This document shows positions 25,958-34,933 of a stretch of 64,000 bases of DNA, in pieces (position 1 is the first letter of the stretch; every line of letters starts with the position of its first letter). Both the position numbers and the translations under genes were made by a program. The stretch lies in contig JBFWNU010000004.1 in assembly GCA_050250895.1 (NCBI GenBank), positions 686,934-750,933 of the forward strand, read 5' to 3'. The stretch comes from Vulcanimicrobiota bacterium. GTDB taxonomy: Bacteria; Vulcanimicrobiota; Xenobia; Xenobiales; JADMJV01. The notes below the pieces were generated by a model. It did no database searches. It was not told where the DNA came from and saw only the letters and a program-made list of their open reading frames with translations.

Positions 25958-28900
25958 ATGCAGGTAGGGAATCTCACTTCATCCATCGTCTCCGTACGCC
26001 GAGCCGCCGCTAACGCCAGCAGCGACGGCCTGGCGGCCTCTGAAGAAGCCGCCTTTTCGACCTTTCTCGAGTATGGGGAAGGTCTCGACAGCCTCTCGCG
26101 CCCCGAGTATGCTCGCAGCCTGGCCTGGCTTTCTCGGCAGCAGCTCGACGCCGGCAAGCCTTTTGCTACCTATCAGGGTCTGGTCGAAGGCAAGCTCGAG
26201 ACCGTCGAAGTCAAGTATCACGACCTCGTCGTGGGCAAGTTCGTGCCCGACTTGCTGGCCAAGCCCGAGAGTCTCGAGAAGATGCTCAAACCCGTGGCCA
26301 CCAGTCTGGCCAGACTCGACGCTGCCAGCGCCAAAGCTCTGGCCGGCGAGCACGCGACGAGCCTGGTGGAACGGGCCAACTATCTAGCCGGACTGTGTCA
26401 GCGCCTGCCTTCGGCCAGCGCCCAGGCTCTTTACCAGGCGGTAGCCGCCCAACCCGACTGGTCGCAGGCGACCGGGTTCGGGACCGCTCTCCTTGACGCT
26501 CGTCCCGATGCCCCCGGCACCGAATGGGCCAAAGCCTTCGCGCATCAGGCCGAATTGGCCAAATGGCCGGGCAATCTGCAAGCGGCCGCCCAGGCTCTCT
26601 ATCTGAAGACCTTCGCCGCCACCGGCCAGGCCGACAAGGCCAATCAAGAAATGGCCCGCTGGCAACCTGCCCTGACCAGCCTGGCCCGGCCCGAGTTGGC
26701 AACGAGCCTGGTAGGATTGGCCGGCTCGGGTCTGGAGCCGGCCCGGGTGACCGAGACCCTGCAAGCCCTTAGTCCCTCAGGGCAAGACGCTCGTGTGATC
26801 GACTTCGAGAGGCTCAACGCCGGCCTTCAAGACGGCACGGCCAGCTGGAGCTTATTGGAAAAGCTCGAAACTCGGCCCCGCAACTGGGTCAAGTCAGCGC
26901 CCGACGCCGTGGCTCTGGCCACTCAGCTTTGTCCCGACGCCCAGGAGCGCTGGCAACTGGCCGCCCGCATTCTCGAATCGAACTCGGCCAAATGGTTGGG
27001 CGAGCTCGTTGGCCAGCCCAGCCAGTTGTTCGAAGCTCAACAGCCCTGGGCCTATGCCCGCACGGCCGCCGGCCTCGGCTGGACCGAGAGTCCCAACGGC
27101 AACTATGCTCCCAACCTGAACACCAGTTTGACGACTCCAGCCATCGACCTGGCCGGACTCCAGTCGCCGCGGGTCGAGCTGCGCTACCAGTGCGCGACCG
27201 AGGCCGGCTCGGATCGATGCCACCTGGAAGTGGCCGGAGAAGATGGCCAGTGGAAGTCACTGGGCTCCATGACCGGCAAGGTCTCGAACGGCTTTCAAGA
27301 GACCGAACTGTCCGAGTTCAAAGACCAGAAGGTCCGTCTGCGCCTACGCTTTAGCAGCGACAGCTCGAATCAGGGCGACGGGTTTCTGCTCGAGCATATG
27401 GCGGTTTCGGGCCGAACCGAGCAGGGCCAGTCCGTTCCGTTCTGGTATTCGGCCGGGCCTCGCGAGACGGCCGATGTGCTCGACCGTTACGCCAGCCTGG
27501 GCGCCAGCCAGCGGACCGACTATCTGGCCGGCCTCAAAAGGCTGATGGAGAGCGTCGAACGGCCCGAAGCCGCTCTGGCTCTCAGTGGAGCCGTGACCGG
27601 CAACCCTGGTGACCCCGGCTATGTCGACGAGTGCGGGAGGCTGGGTCAACTGGCCCGGCTGACCGACCTTTCGCCCGCCATCGAGCTGTGGCCAGGCCTG
27701 CACGACCGCCCTTCGGCCGACCTGGCTCGCCTGGGCTCGCTGTGCCGGCGGGCCTGGAGCGACCAACCCTCGCGAGAGGCGGGTCTGCAACGCCTGGCCC
27801 TGGCCAATCTGACCAGCGGGCAACTCGAGCGCCTCGAGCGGCTGGCCGATTCTACCGACGCCTTGCTCGCTGGATGGACGGTGCCGGTGGGCAGCTGGGG
27901 CTGGGAGCGCGATCCTGACCACGGACTGGTGCTGGCCGACAGCCCCGGAGGCAACTACGGCAACAATCAGGACCTCGCGCTGGTCTCGCCCGAGTTGACC
28001 ATTCCGGCCGAACTGCCTCGCCTGTCCTTCGAACGAGCTTACGTGATTGAAAATGGCGGCGACAAGGTCCACCTGGAGTTCTGTCCCGTGGGCGGAGAAT
28101 GGAGTCCGCTTCGCACCTACACCGGCAAGTCCGACTGGCAGCAGGAGAGCTTGAACCTGGCCAGCCTGGCCGGACGCAAAGGACGCCTTCGTCTGCGCCT
28201 GACCACCGATTCCAGCAACGTTTATGACGGCATCAAGCTCGCGGGACTGCGCTTGACCGGGGCCCACGACGAGCGCCCCATCGAAATGCCCTCGGGCGGA
28301 GTCAGCCTGGGCGAAGTGCTTGATTCCGTGAGTCGCACCAAGCCCGAGGCCCGAGAAGAGCTGCTGGCCAAACTCGAATTGCTGACGCCGCTGGCCGGCG
28401 AAGTGGGCCTGGCCATGCGGGTGATGGAGAGCGGTGGTGACTCGGAAACAGTGGCCATGGCCCGCCGTTTCGGCAGCCAGACCGCCCTGGAACTGAGCCG
28501 AGAATTTCCGGGGTTGTCCGAGCGCTCGGCTCGGCTGGCCGAGCGTCTTCACCGCTGCCTGGGCGAGCGGCCCGAACCGACCTATTGGGGCGAGACCGCC
28601 CGTCAGCTCGACGCCCATCCCGAATGGCTCGAACCGCTCGAGGAGCTGGTCGGTCCCGAGCCGGCCGCGGCCAACCTTCACAGCGGTTGGGGATTGGAGC
28701 GCGCCCCTGAGCTGGGGCTCGTATGGAGCGACAGTCCCGGGCGCAACTACGCCGACAACACCGACAACAGCCTGGAGTTGGAGCCACTCTCGTTGTGGGG
28801 GAAAAGCCAGGGCAAGCTGTCGTTTGAACTCACCAGCGCTCTCGAGAAAGACGGCGACAAGCTGCTGGTCGAGGCGGCCACCCACGGGGGCGCCTGGAGC

Positions 28901-29749
28901 ACCCTCGAGAAGTTCACCGGCAACCAGCCCTGGCAACGACACACCGTCGACTTGTCTCCCTTTGACGGGCAGAAGTTTCGACTGCGCTTTCGCCTGGTCA
29001 GCGACAGCAGCAAGAACTTCGACGGAGTCAAGCTCAATCGCATTCGGGTCGAGGCCCAGGACAGCCGGGGCAATCCCGAGCGCCTTTTCAACTTCGAGCC
29101 CGGCTCGCCGCACATGGTCGACTTGTTGGACGCCCTGCGAGCTGACCGCGGCCTCAAGAACAGCGCCGCCCATCTCGAGGTGCTCAGAGGGATCAGCGCC
29201 GACCTGGGAGGCTTTAGCCAGGCCGTGAGCTTGTGGCCGGTGGTCGAGAAGAGTCTGGAACATCCCCAGGGCGAAGCCGCCTTGACGGCCGTGCAAAAGC
29301 TGGCCCAGCGAGCCGGTGTGGCCATGACCAGTCAGTTGGCCCCGGCCGTGCTCTCGCAGCCCCAGATTACTCCGGAGATGAGCGAGCGCCTGGGCAATCT
29401 CGGCGAAGCCGCCCAGGGGTTGGGGCTCGAATCCAGTTTACTGCAGTGGCTGGCCGGCCGCGTGTTGCTCGAGCCCGACACGGCCAAACTCAAAGGGTTG
29501 CTGAGCAACCTTGGTCACGACCAGGCCACCGAGATCCTCACCGCCTTGCAAGCCAAAGCCAGGGTCCTGGAGGGAAGGGTGACCCTGGCCGAGGCCCTGG
29601 GGCGGCTGGCCGTGCTGCGCCTGGCCTCGGAGAACAGCACCACCGCTCAACTGCTAGATTCCCTCTTCGCCGAACTTTCCCGCACCGACTTCGAGCGGGG
29701 CGAAGACTGGCTGCAGGTGGGCGATCAGGTGGTACCGGTGCGCGAGTGA
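25958..29749 (+). CDS. 1263-aa protein with three beta-sandwich repeats (immune inhibitor A / MAM / cleaved-adhesin-like) separated by helical regions; conserved C-terminal motif
   Basis: Three copies of (D/E)SP.xNY..N....L...E.xxD...E......W..L...TG...L..x.xxK.RLRxR..xDSS...DG. Ends EDWLQVGDQVVPVRE. Confidence 0.85.
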   Translation: MQVGNLTSSIVSVRRAAANASSDGLAASEEAAFSTFLEYGEGLDSLSRPEYARSLAWLSRQQLDAGKPFATYQGLVEGKLETVEVKYHDLVVGKFVPDLLAKPESLEKMLKPVATSLARLDAASAKALAGEHATSLVERANYLAGLCQRLPSASAQALYQAVAAQPDWSQATGFGTALLDARPDAPGTEWAKAFAHQAELAKWPGNLQAAAQALYLKTFAATGQADKANQEMARWQPALTSLARPELATSLVGLAGSGLEPARVTETLQALSPSGQDARVIDFERLNAGLQDGTASWSLLEKLETRPRNWVKSAPDAVALATQLCPDAQERWQLAARILESNSAKWLGELVGQPSQLFEAQQPWAYARTAAGLGWTESPNGNYAPNLNTSLTTPAIDLAGLQSPRVELRYQCATEAGSDRCHLEVAGEDGQWKSLGSMTGKVSNGFQETELSEFKDQKVRLRLRFSSDSSNQGDGFLLEHMAVSGRTEQGQSVPFWYSAGPRETADVLDRYASLGASQRTDYLAGLKRLMESVERPEAALALSGAVTGNPGDPGYVDECGRLGQLARLTDLSPAIELWPGLHDRPSADLARLGSLCRRAWSDQPSREAGLQRLALANLTSGQLERLERLADSTDALLAGWTVPVGSWGWERDPDHGLVLADSPGGNYGNNQDLALVSPELTIPAELPRLSFERAYVIENGGDKVHLEFCPVGGEWSPLRTYTGKSDWQQESLNLASLAGRKGRLRLRLTTDSSNVYDGIKLAGLRLTGAHDERPIEMPSGGVSLGEVLDSVSRTKPEAREELLAKLELLTPLAGEVGLAMRVMESGGDSETVAMARRFGSQTALELSREFPGLSERSARLAERLHRCLGERPEPTYWGETARQLDAHPEWLEPLEELVGPEPAAANLHSGWGLERAPELGLVWSDSPGRNYADNTDNSLELEPLSLWGKSQGKLSFELTSALEKDGDKLLVEAATHGGAWSTLEKFTGNQPWQRHTVDLSPFDGQKFRLRFRLVSDSSKNFDGVKLNRIRVEAQDSRGNPERLFNFEPGSPHMVDLLDALRADRGLKNSAAHLEVLRGISADLGGFSQAVSLWPVVEKSLEHPQGEAALTAVQKLAQRAGVAMTSQLAPAVLSQPQITPEMSERLGNLGEAAQGLGLESSLLQWLAGRVLLEPDTAKLKGLLSNLGHDQATEILTALQAKARVLEGRVTLAEALGRLAVLRLASENSTTAQLLDSLFAELSRTDFERGEDWLQVGDQVVPVRE

Positions 29750-30666
29750 CAGATGCAGTCGACCATCATTTGATAGCTCATCTGGCTGTAGCCACCGCTG
29801 GGTAGAACCAGCAGCGGCCAACCTCGCGCACGAACCGAGCGAATCACGAACAGATCGCGCTCGAGCACCCCCGCGCGGCTGACCTCTAAGCCGCCCAGCA
29901 TATCGTGTTCGTAGATGTCGGTGCCGGCGTTGTAGATGACCAGACCCGCTTGCGGGACCCGGTCGAGAAACGGCCCCAGCTGCTCTTTGAGGGTCTCGAG
30001 ATAGATCTCGTCCTGGCTGCCGGGGTCGAGGGGAAAATCGGCGTCGATGCGCTGGCTGGCCTGCTCGTCGCCGACCGGATACGTCTTGCCATTGTAGATG
30101 TCGAAGATATGCACCTCGGGATCGTCGCGAAAGACATAGCAGACGCCGTTGCCCTGATGCGCGTCGAGATCGATGTAGAGCACCGGTCCCGTGAGCAGGC
30201 CCTCGGCTCGCAGCTTGAGCACGCAATAGCCGATATCGTTGAAGAGGCAGAACCCCTCGCCCTGGGCCGGTTTGGCGTGGTGGTAGCCGCCCGAAAGGTT
30301 GAAGGCCAGCCCATGAGCCAGAGCCTCGCGCCCGGCCAGCAAGGTGCCGGCGCAGGCAATGCGCATGGGCCCCAGCACGATGCGGTTGAGGATAAAGCGA
30401 GGTAACAACGCTAGCAGAGGGATCTCGAGCACCCGAGCGATGTCCAGCGAGCGCCGCAAGCTGGCCAGGTAGTCAGGCTGGTGCACCAGTTCGAGTTCGG
30501 CATCACTCAACGGCTGCTCGGGCTGGCACACCGACCCGTCGAAATCGGCGCCCAGCCGCTCGCGCAAAAGCTCGAAGGCTCGTCGAGGCCGCTGAAAATC
30601 GAAGGGATGCAAGAATTGCAGGCCCCAAAACCCCATCGAGAAATTGGGGTGATAAATGATCCTCAA
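29725..30666 (-). CDS. Histone deacetylase family (HDAC11-like) Zn-dependent deacylase
   Basis: GGYHHA, GEGFC.FND, IDLDAHQGNG, YNAGTD, SGGY. Confidence 0.95.
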   Translation of the reverse strand: MRIIYHPNFSMGFWGLQFLHPFDFQRPRRAFELLRERLGADFDGSVCQPEQPLSDAELELVHQPDYLASLRRSLDIARVLEIPLLALLPRFILNRIVLGPMRIACAGTLLAGREALAHGLAFNLSGGYHHAKPAQGEGFCLFNDIGYCVLKLRAEGLLTGPVLYIDLDAHQGNGVCYVFRDDPEVHIFDIYNGKTYPVGDEQASQRIDADFPLDPGSQDEIYLETLKEQLGPFLDRVPQAGLVIYNAGTDIYEHDMLGGLEVSRAGVLERDLFVIRSVRARGWPLLVLPSGGYSQMSYQMMVDCICHSRTGTT

Positions 30667-31875
30667 TCAGCCCAGGGCCGGGCAGCAGGGGGCCGAGGTG
30701 ACCTCGAGCACCACCCGCAGATTGGCGTCCAAGAACTGGTAGTGTTTCCGGATGCCGACATCCCAGGATTGATGGGTCTCGTCGAGCAGCTTGGACTGCA
30801 GGCGGACCCGCAGCAAGGTCACCGGAGCACCATCGTGACAGAAAAAGTCGCGCACGGTGCGGCAGTCAGGAAAGGCCAGCGGCTGGTCGTCGCCCCCGGG
30901 CGAGCGCATCATCACCACCAGGGTCTCTTGCTCGAGTTCCCAGGCGTAGCCCCGCAAAGTAGCATTGATCGGAATATCGGTATAGCCGTCGCCCGGCACC
31001 GGGTCGGGAGCGACCTGAGGGATCGGCGGAGCCACCGCTTCGGTCGGGGCCGGCGGAGCCTCGGGTGCGGTGGGCAGGGGCGGAGGCGTTGGGGGAGCCG
31101 TCGGGATCGGGGGCGGCGGTGGTGGAGGTGGAGGTGGTGGCGGCGGGGCCGCCGCCCGGTCGATGGCCCCGAGGTTCAAGCGCGACTTCTGGTCGGCCTT
31201 GGCCACCGGCTCGGAAGGAGGCGGAGGCAGCGGCACATCGCGCCGATTGGCGCCATCGTCGCGCAACATGTTGGCGCTCTCGAGCAAGGAGCGCAGGTCG
31301 GCGTGGGCGGCTGACTCGAAGAACTGACCCATGACCGAGAGCTTATGCTCGAGGTCGGGGTTATCGGGCTTGAACATGAGACCGGCTCGATAGCGGGCCC
31401 GGTCACCCATCCCTCTGCACCAGCGAACCTCGGCCGGAGTGGTGATGGGGGCCAGGTCGTGGCGGTCGAATTCCATGGTAAGGGTGACCAGGGAGCCCAC
31501 GGCCACATTGGCATCCACCTCGATCTGCAGTCCGGTGGCACTGACATCGAGGGTCATGGCGCGAAAGCCGGGCAATTGGGGAGAACGCACCCGAATACTG
31601 AGTTCTTTGCGGGCTGCTCCGCGTAGCCGCTCGCCGGTGACCGTTTCGCCGACCGCCCCTTCTACCAGGCGGCTGACATAGACGTAGCCCTCATCAGCAT
31701 GGGGTCGCGAACTCTGGACCATCACGTCGAGCTTGGCCAGATTGTTTGACCCTGGCGGAATAGCCACCCGGACGGTGACCCTGCTGCCGTCTTTGAACTT
31801 CTTGGCAGAACGGAATACCAGTTGCCGCTCGCTGAGTTCTACCAGGTCTACTTTCGCCTTCAGAAAGTCGAGCAC
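30667..31875 (-). CDS. PilZ-domain (c-di-GMP-binding) protein with polyproline linker
   Basis: RxxxR (RGAAR) and D.S.TG motifs, AEVRWC...AGL.F. Confidence 0.85.
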   Translation of the reverse strand: MLDFLKAKVDLVELSERQLVFRSAKKFKDGSRVTVRVAIPPGSNNLAKLDVMVQSSRPHADEGYVYVSRLVEGAVGETVTGERLRGAARKELSIRVRSPQLPGFRAMTLDVSATGLQIEVDANVAVGSLVTLTMEFDRHDLAPITTPAEVRWCRGMGDRARYRAGLMFKPDNPDLEHKLSVMGQFFESAAHADLRSLLESANMLRDDGANRRDVPLPPPPSEPVAKADQKSRLNLGAIDRAAAPPPPPPPPPPPPPIPTAPPTPPPLPTAPEAPPAPTEAVAPPIPQVAPDPVPGDGYTDIPINATLRGYAWELEQETLVVMMRSPGGDDQPLAFPDCRTVRDFFCHDGAPVTLLRVRLQSKLLDETHQSWDVGIRKHYQFLDANLRVVLEVTSAPCCPALG

Positions 31876-31890
31876 GTGATGATTCTCCCT

Positions 31891-32259
31891 TTAACTCGAA
31901 ACTCGCTGCCGAATCTGATCGAGTTCATCGGCGCCAATGCCTAGTTTGACCGCCAGCGTCCCGAGATACTTCATCTCGCCATCGTCGAGATGCCCATCGG
32001 CAAACGAAAGCGAGACCAGCATCTCGATGGCCTCGAGGCGGCTGGCGTGATCAGGAAGGACCGACTCGAGATCGGCCTCGATCTGTTGACCCGAGCCAGA
32101 AAGACCGGCGTCGAGACTCTGAATCTTGTCAATGAGAGAAACCCCGAGTTCATCGGCGAACCGGGCTATCATCGACGACTCTTCGGGAACCACTTCACCA
32201 TCTGCCCAGGCCATGTTGATCAGGGCCCTCAGTATCTGTCGCTGTCGATCGTCCACCAT
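31891..32259 (-). CDS. TerB-family (tellurite resistance-like) protein
   Basis: MAWADGEV..EE and FADGHLD..E...L..LA..LG. Confidence 0.88.
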   Translation of the reverse strand: MVDDRQRQILRALINMAWADGEVVPEESSMIARFADELGVSLIDKIQSLDAGLSGSGQQIEADLESVLPDHASRLEAIEMLVSLSFADGHLDDGEMKYLGTLAVKLGIGADELDQIRQRVSS

Positions 32260-32470
32260 GCCTCCAGCTGGTCTGGTCGGGATACCTTCGCAGGCCTACC
32301 CTCCCTGGCCTTCCCATTTTCGGGGCAGAGTTTAATAAATATCAACATCTGAAACACAATCGCAACATTGGCGCCACCCCGCGGCCAACCTTTACCCTTT
32401 AGGATGGAGAGACAACCAGATAGAAAAGCCCCGCGGGGGCACTCAACTCAACATCAAGGAGATACATATA

Positions 32471-32713
32471 ATGTCAGCTATCGGAGCCGTGAATAATAAC
32501 AGACCTGAAGTGGCCGGATCCGGGGCCGCCGATCTCATCGCCGCCCTCCTCGACGGCCAGAACTCCCCTTCGGTGGATGCCGGCGGAGGAGGCGGTGGAC
32601 CCGCCGCCGCCGGTGGAGCCTCTTCGTGCAAAGGCGGTTGCAAGGGCGGCAAGTGCGGCAAAGGCTGCAAATGTGGCTGCGGCGGACGCGGCTGCAAATG
32701 CTGCGGTAAGTAA
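32471..32713 (+). CDS. Small Gly/Cys/Lys-rich peptide (80 aa, 9 Cys), metallothionein-like C-terminus
   Basis: Strong RBS AAGGAG. Ends CKGGCKGGKCGKGCKCGCGGRGCKCCGK. Confidence 0.82.
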   Translation: MSAIGAVNNNRPEVAGSGAADLIAALLDGQNSPSVDAGGGGGGPAAAGGASSCKGGCKGGKCGKGCKCGCGGRGCKCCGK

Positions 32714-32726
32714 TCCACGACCAGCA

Positions 32727-32753
32727 GGAAGGGGGCTGGTGCGGCCCCCTTCC
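32727..32753 (+). terminator. Stem-loop after peptide gene (no U-tract; stabiliser or attenuator)
   Basis: GGAAGGGGGCTG-gtg-CGGCCCCCTTCC. Confidence 0.55.
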
Positions 32754-32777
32754 CCGATCCACGCGAGGGAGTAGTCT

Positions 32778-33683
32778 ATGAATCTCGGAGCATTTCGCGA
32801 AGCCTGGGGCATCGAGCCCGAACCCACCAACCTGCGAGGTCTGTTAAGGATCACCAGAGCCTGGCTGGCCGGCAAAACGAGCCAGCCGAAGGTCGAAGAG
32901 TCGCTGCACGCGATGCTGCGTGTGATCGAGGCCGCTCAAGAAGAGACTCGACTCGAACTTCGCACCAGCAACTGGGGCCCCCACCTGGCCGGTCTGGTCG
33001 AACGACAACTGGAAGCCTACGCTCAGGTTCGGCGGGCCCTGGCGCGCCTGGGCGTGGCCCTGCGCGACCGAGCGGTGGTCCAGGAGGACCTGGAGTGCGT
33101 CGAACTTGGACTGGAAGCCCTCGAGTCCGTGAGTCTGACCATCGAGCGCGATCTGGCCGAGCCCCACTGCCCCAACTGCGGCCAACCTGGGTTTGACGTA
33201 TGCAGCACTTGCAACCTCGAAGTGCTGATTCCGGTCCCCGACGACGCGCGCTTTAGCCCCTGCACCGAGGAAGTGGTACTAGGTCCCGAGTACCAGCGGG
33301 TCTTCCATCTCTATGAAGATGTCCTGGAAGGTCGGGTTCGTTTGACCCGGTTATTGAACTCGCTCGCCCCCCTCGAGAGCCGCCTACAAGAGAAAGCCAA
33401 CATCTCTCGCATTTTGCTGCACCAGGGCAAGGCCCTCGACGGCATGAGCCGGATCCCCGAACTGGTGGCCGAATCTCTTGACGGTCTCGACCAGATGCGT
33501 GAAGCCGGCGAGAGTCGCGAGATGCTCGATCTGGCCCAGGGCTGGGATCGGGTCTTTCGGGCCGCCCTCGAACTCAACGACGTCATGGCTGGCATCGCTC
33601 GGGCTGCCGGTCGGGCTCCCGCCACGCCCCCGCGACGCACCCAGCTGGCCACCGACAGTGTAGTGCTCAGCAACGAGCGCTAG
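32778..33683 (+). CDS. Hypothetical helical protein with central double CxxC zinc ribbon (paralog of 7375..8304)
   Basis: AF.EA..EPT, CPNCG...CSTC.LE.L.P, DL..GW...F.A, DSV.LS. Confidence 0.85.
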   Translation: MNLGAFREAWGIEPEPTNLRGLLRITRAWLAGKTSQPKVEESLHAMLRVIEAAQEETRLELRTSNWGPHLAGLVERQLEAYAQVRRALARLGVALRDRAVVQEDLECVELGLEALESVSLTIERDLAEPHCPNCGQPGFDVCSTCNLEVLIPVPDDARFSPCTEEVVLGPEYQRVFHLYEDVLEGRVRLTRLLNSLAPLESRLQEKANISRILLHQGKALDGMSRIPELVAESLDGLDQMREAGESREMLDLAQGWDRVFRAALELNDVMAGIARAAGRAPATPPRRTQLATDSVVLSNER

Positions 33684-34933
33684 AGAGCCAGGGCCGAGCG
33701 GTCGATCTGGTCGAGGCTAGCACAGCCGGCCAGGGCCATGGTGAGTTCGAAGTCAGCCTGGAAGTTCTCGAGCAGTTCGCGCACCCCGGCCTCGCCGGCC
33801 ACCGCCAGGGCATAGACGAAGGGGCGGCCCAATCCCACGGCCGTTGCCCCCAGCGCCAACGCTTTGAAGATGTCGGCTCCCCCTCGGATGCCGCTGTCGA
33901 AAAAGATGGGCACCCGACCGTCGACGGCGCTGGCCACTTCGGCCAGCGCCATCAGCGAAGCCAGAGCCCCGTCGACCTGGCGACCGCCGTGATTGGAAAC
34001 ATAAATGCCGTCAACTCCGACCTCCAGCGCCTGGCGGGCGTCGTCGGCGGCCAGAATGCCTTTGAGCACCAGCGGTAGTCGGGTCATCTCACGCAGCCTC
34101 GACAGGTCGTCCCAATTGAGACTGGCTCGGGTATAGATCTCGATGAACTTTCGCACCGCGCGCAAGGCCCTTCGCGAGCGCAGATTGTCGAGCAGGCCGC
34201 CGGGAAGGCGGTGGCTCTGTTGCACCAGCAAGGCCAGGCTCGAGAGGGTGATGGGACCGGCCGGAGGCTCGGCCTCGCTGTCCTCGACCAGAGCCTGAAA
34301 GACCGGGTCCGAGGTATATTGGGCGATTCCTTTACCTTGCAAGAAAGGCAGGCTGGCCCGGTCCAGATCGCGCACCCTCCAGCCCAGCATGGTGGTGTCG
34401 AGCGTCACCACGATGGCGCTGCAACCACAGTTCTCGGCTCGGGCCACGAGGCTCTTGATCAGCTCGTCGGATTGGCTGGGATAAAGCTGAAACCAGCGCG
34501 GACAGCCCATCAAAGCGGCGCACTCTTCCATCGGAGTCGATGCCTGGTTGGAGAAGATCATGGGAATCCCCAGGCCGGCCGCTGCTCGCGCTGCGGCTCG
34601 ATCAGCCTGGCGATGGGCCAGTTCCAGCACGCCCACCGGCGCCAGAAAGAACGGCGCGGGAACGGTTCCGCCAAAGACCTGGCGGCGCATATTTCGGCGG
34701 GACACATCCCGCAGCATGCGGGGCACGATGGCCACCTGCTCGAAGGCCCTTCGGTTGGCGGCCATGGTGGTCTCGAGGCCGGCCCCCCCGGCCACGTAGC
34801 TGTAGCCCGTGTCGCCCATGGCCCGGGCGGCCAGGCGCTCGAGAGCCCCGAGGTCAGTGGGCACGCTCGGGCGAAACCCTTTAGAACCTTCCACATAAAG
34901 GTGGCGCTGACGCGAGGGTGCGGGAGTCTTCAT
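33680..34933 (-). CDS. FMN-dependent alpha-hydroxy acid oxidase, lactate 2-monooxygenase-like
   Basis: YVAGGAG, WFQLY, VTLDT, LKGI, VSNHGGRQ.D, DSGIR.G.D..KALALGA. Confidence 0.95.
   Translation of the reverse strand: MKTPAPSRQRHLYVEGSKGFRPSVPTDLGALERLAARAMGDTGYSYVAGGAGLETTMAANRRAFEQVAIVPRMLRDVSRRNMRRQVFGGTVPAPFFLAPVGVLELAHRQADRAAARAAAGLGIPMIFSNQASTPMEECAALMGCPRWFQLYPSQSDELIKSLVARAENCGCSAIVVTLDTTMLGWRVRDLDRASLPFLQGKGIAQYTSDPVFQALVEDSEAEPPAGPITLSSLALLVQQSHRLPGGLLDNLRSRRALRAVRKFIEIYTRASLNWDDLSRLREMTRLPLVLKGILAADDARQALEVGVDGIYVSNHGGRQVDGALASLMALAEVASAVDGRVPIFFDSGIRGGADIFKALALGATAVGLGRPFVYALAVAGEAGVRELLENFQADFELTMALAGCASLDQIDRSALAL

Noticed and set aside
31080-31150. GGT/GGC/GGA run as a DNA repeat element
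   Set aside because: It encodes the polyproline linker of the PilZ protein.
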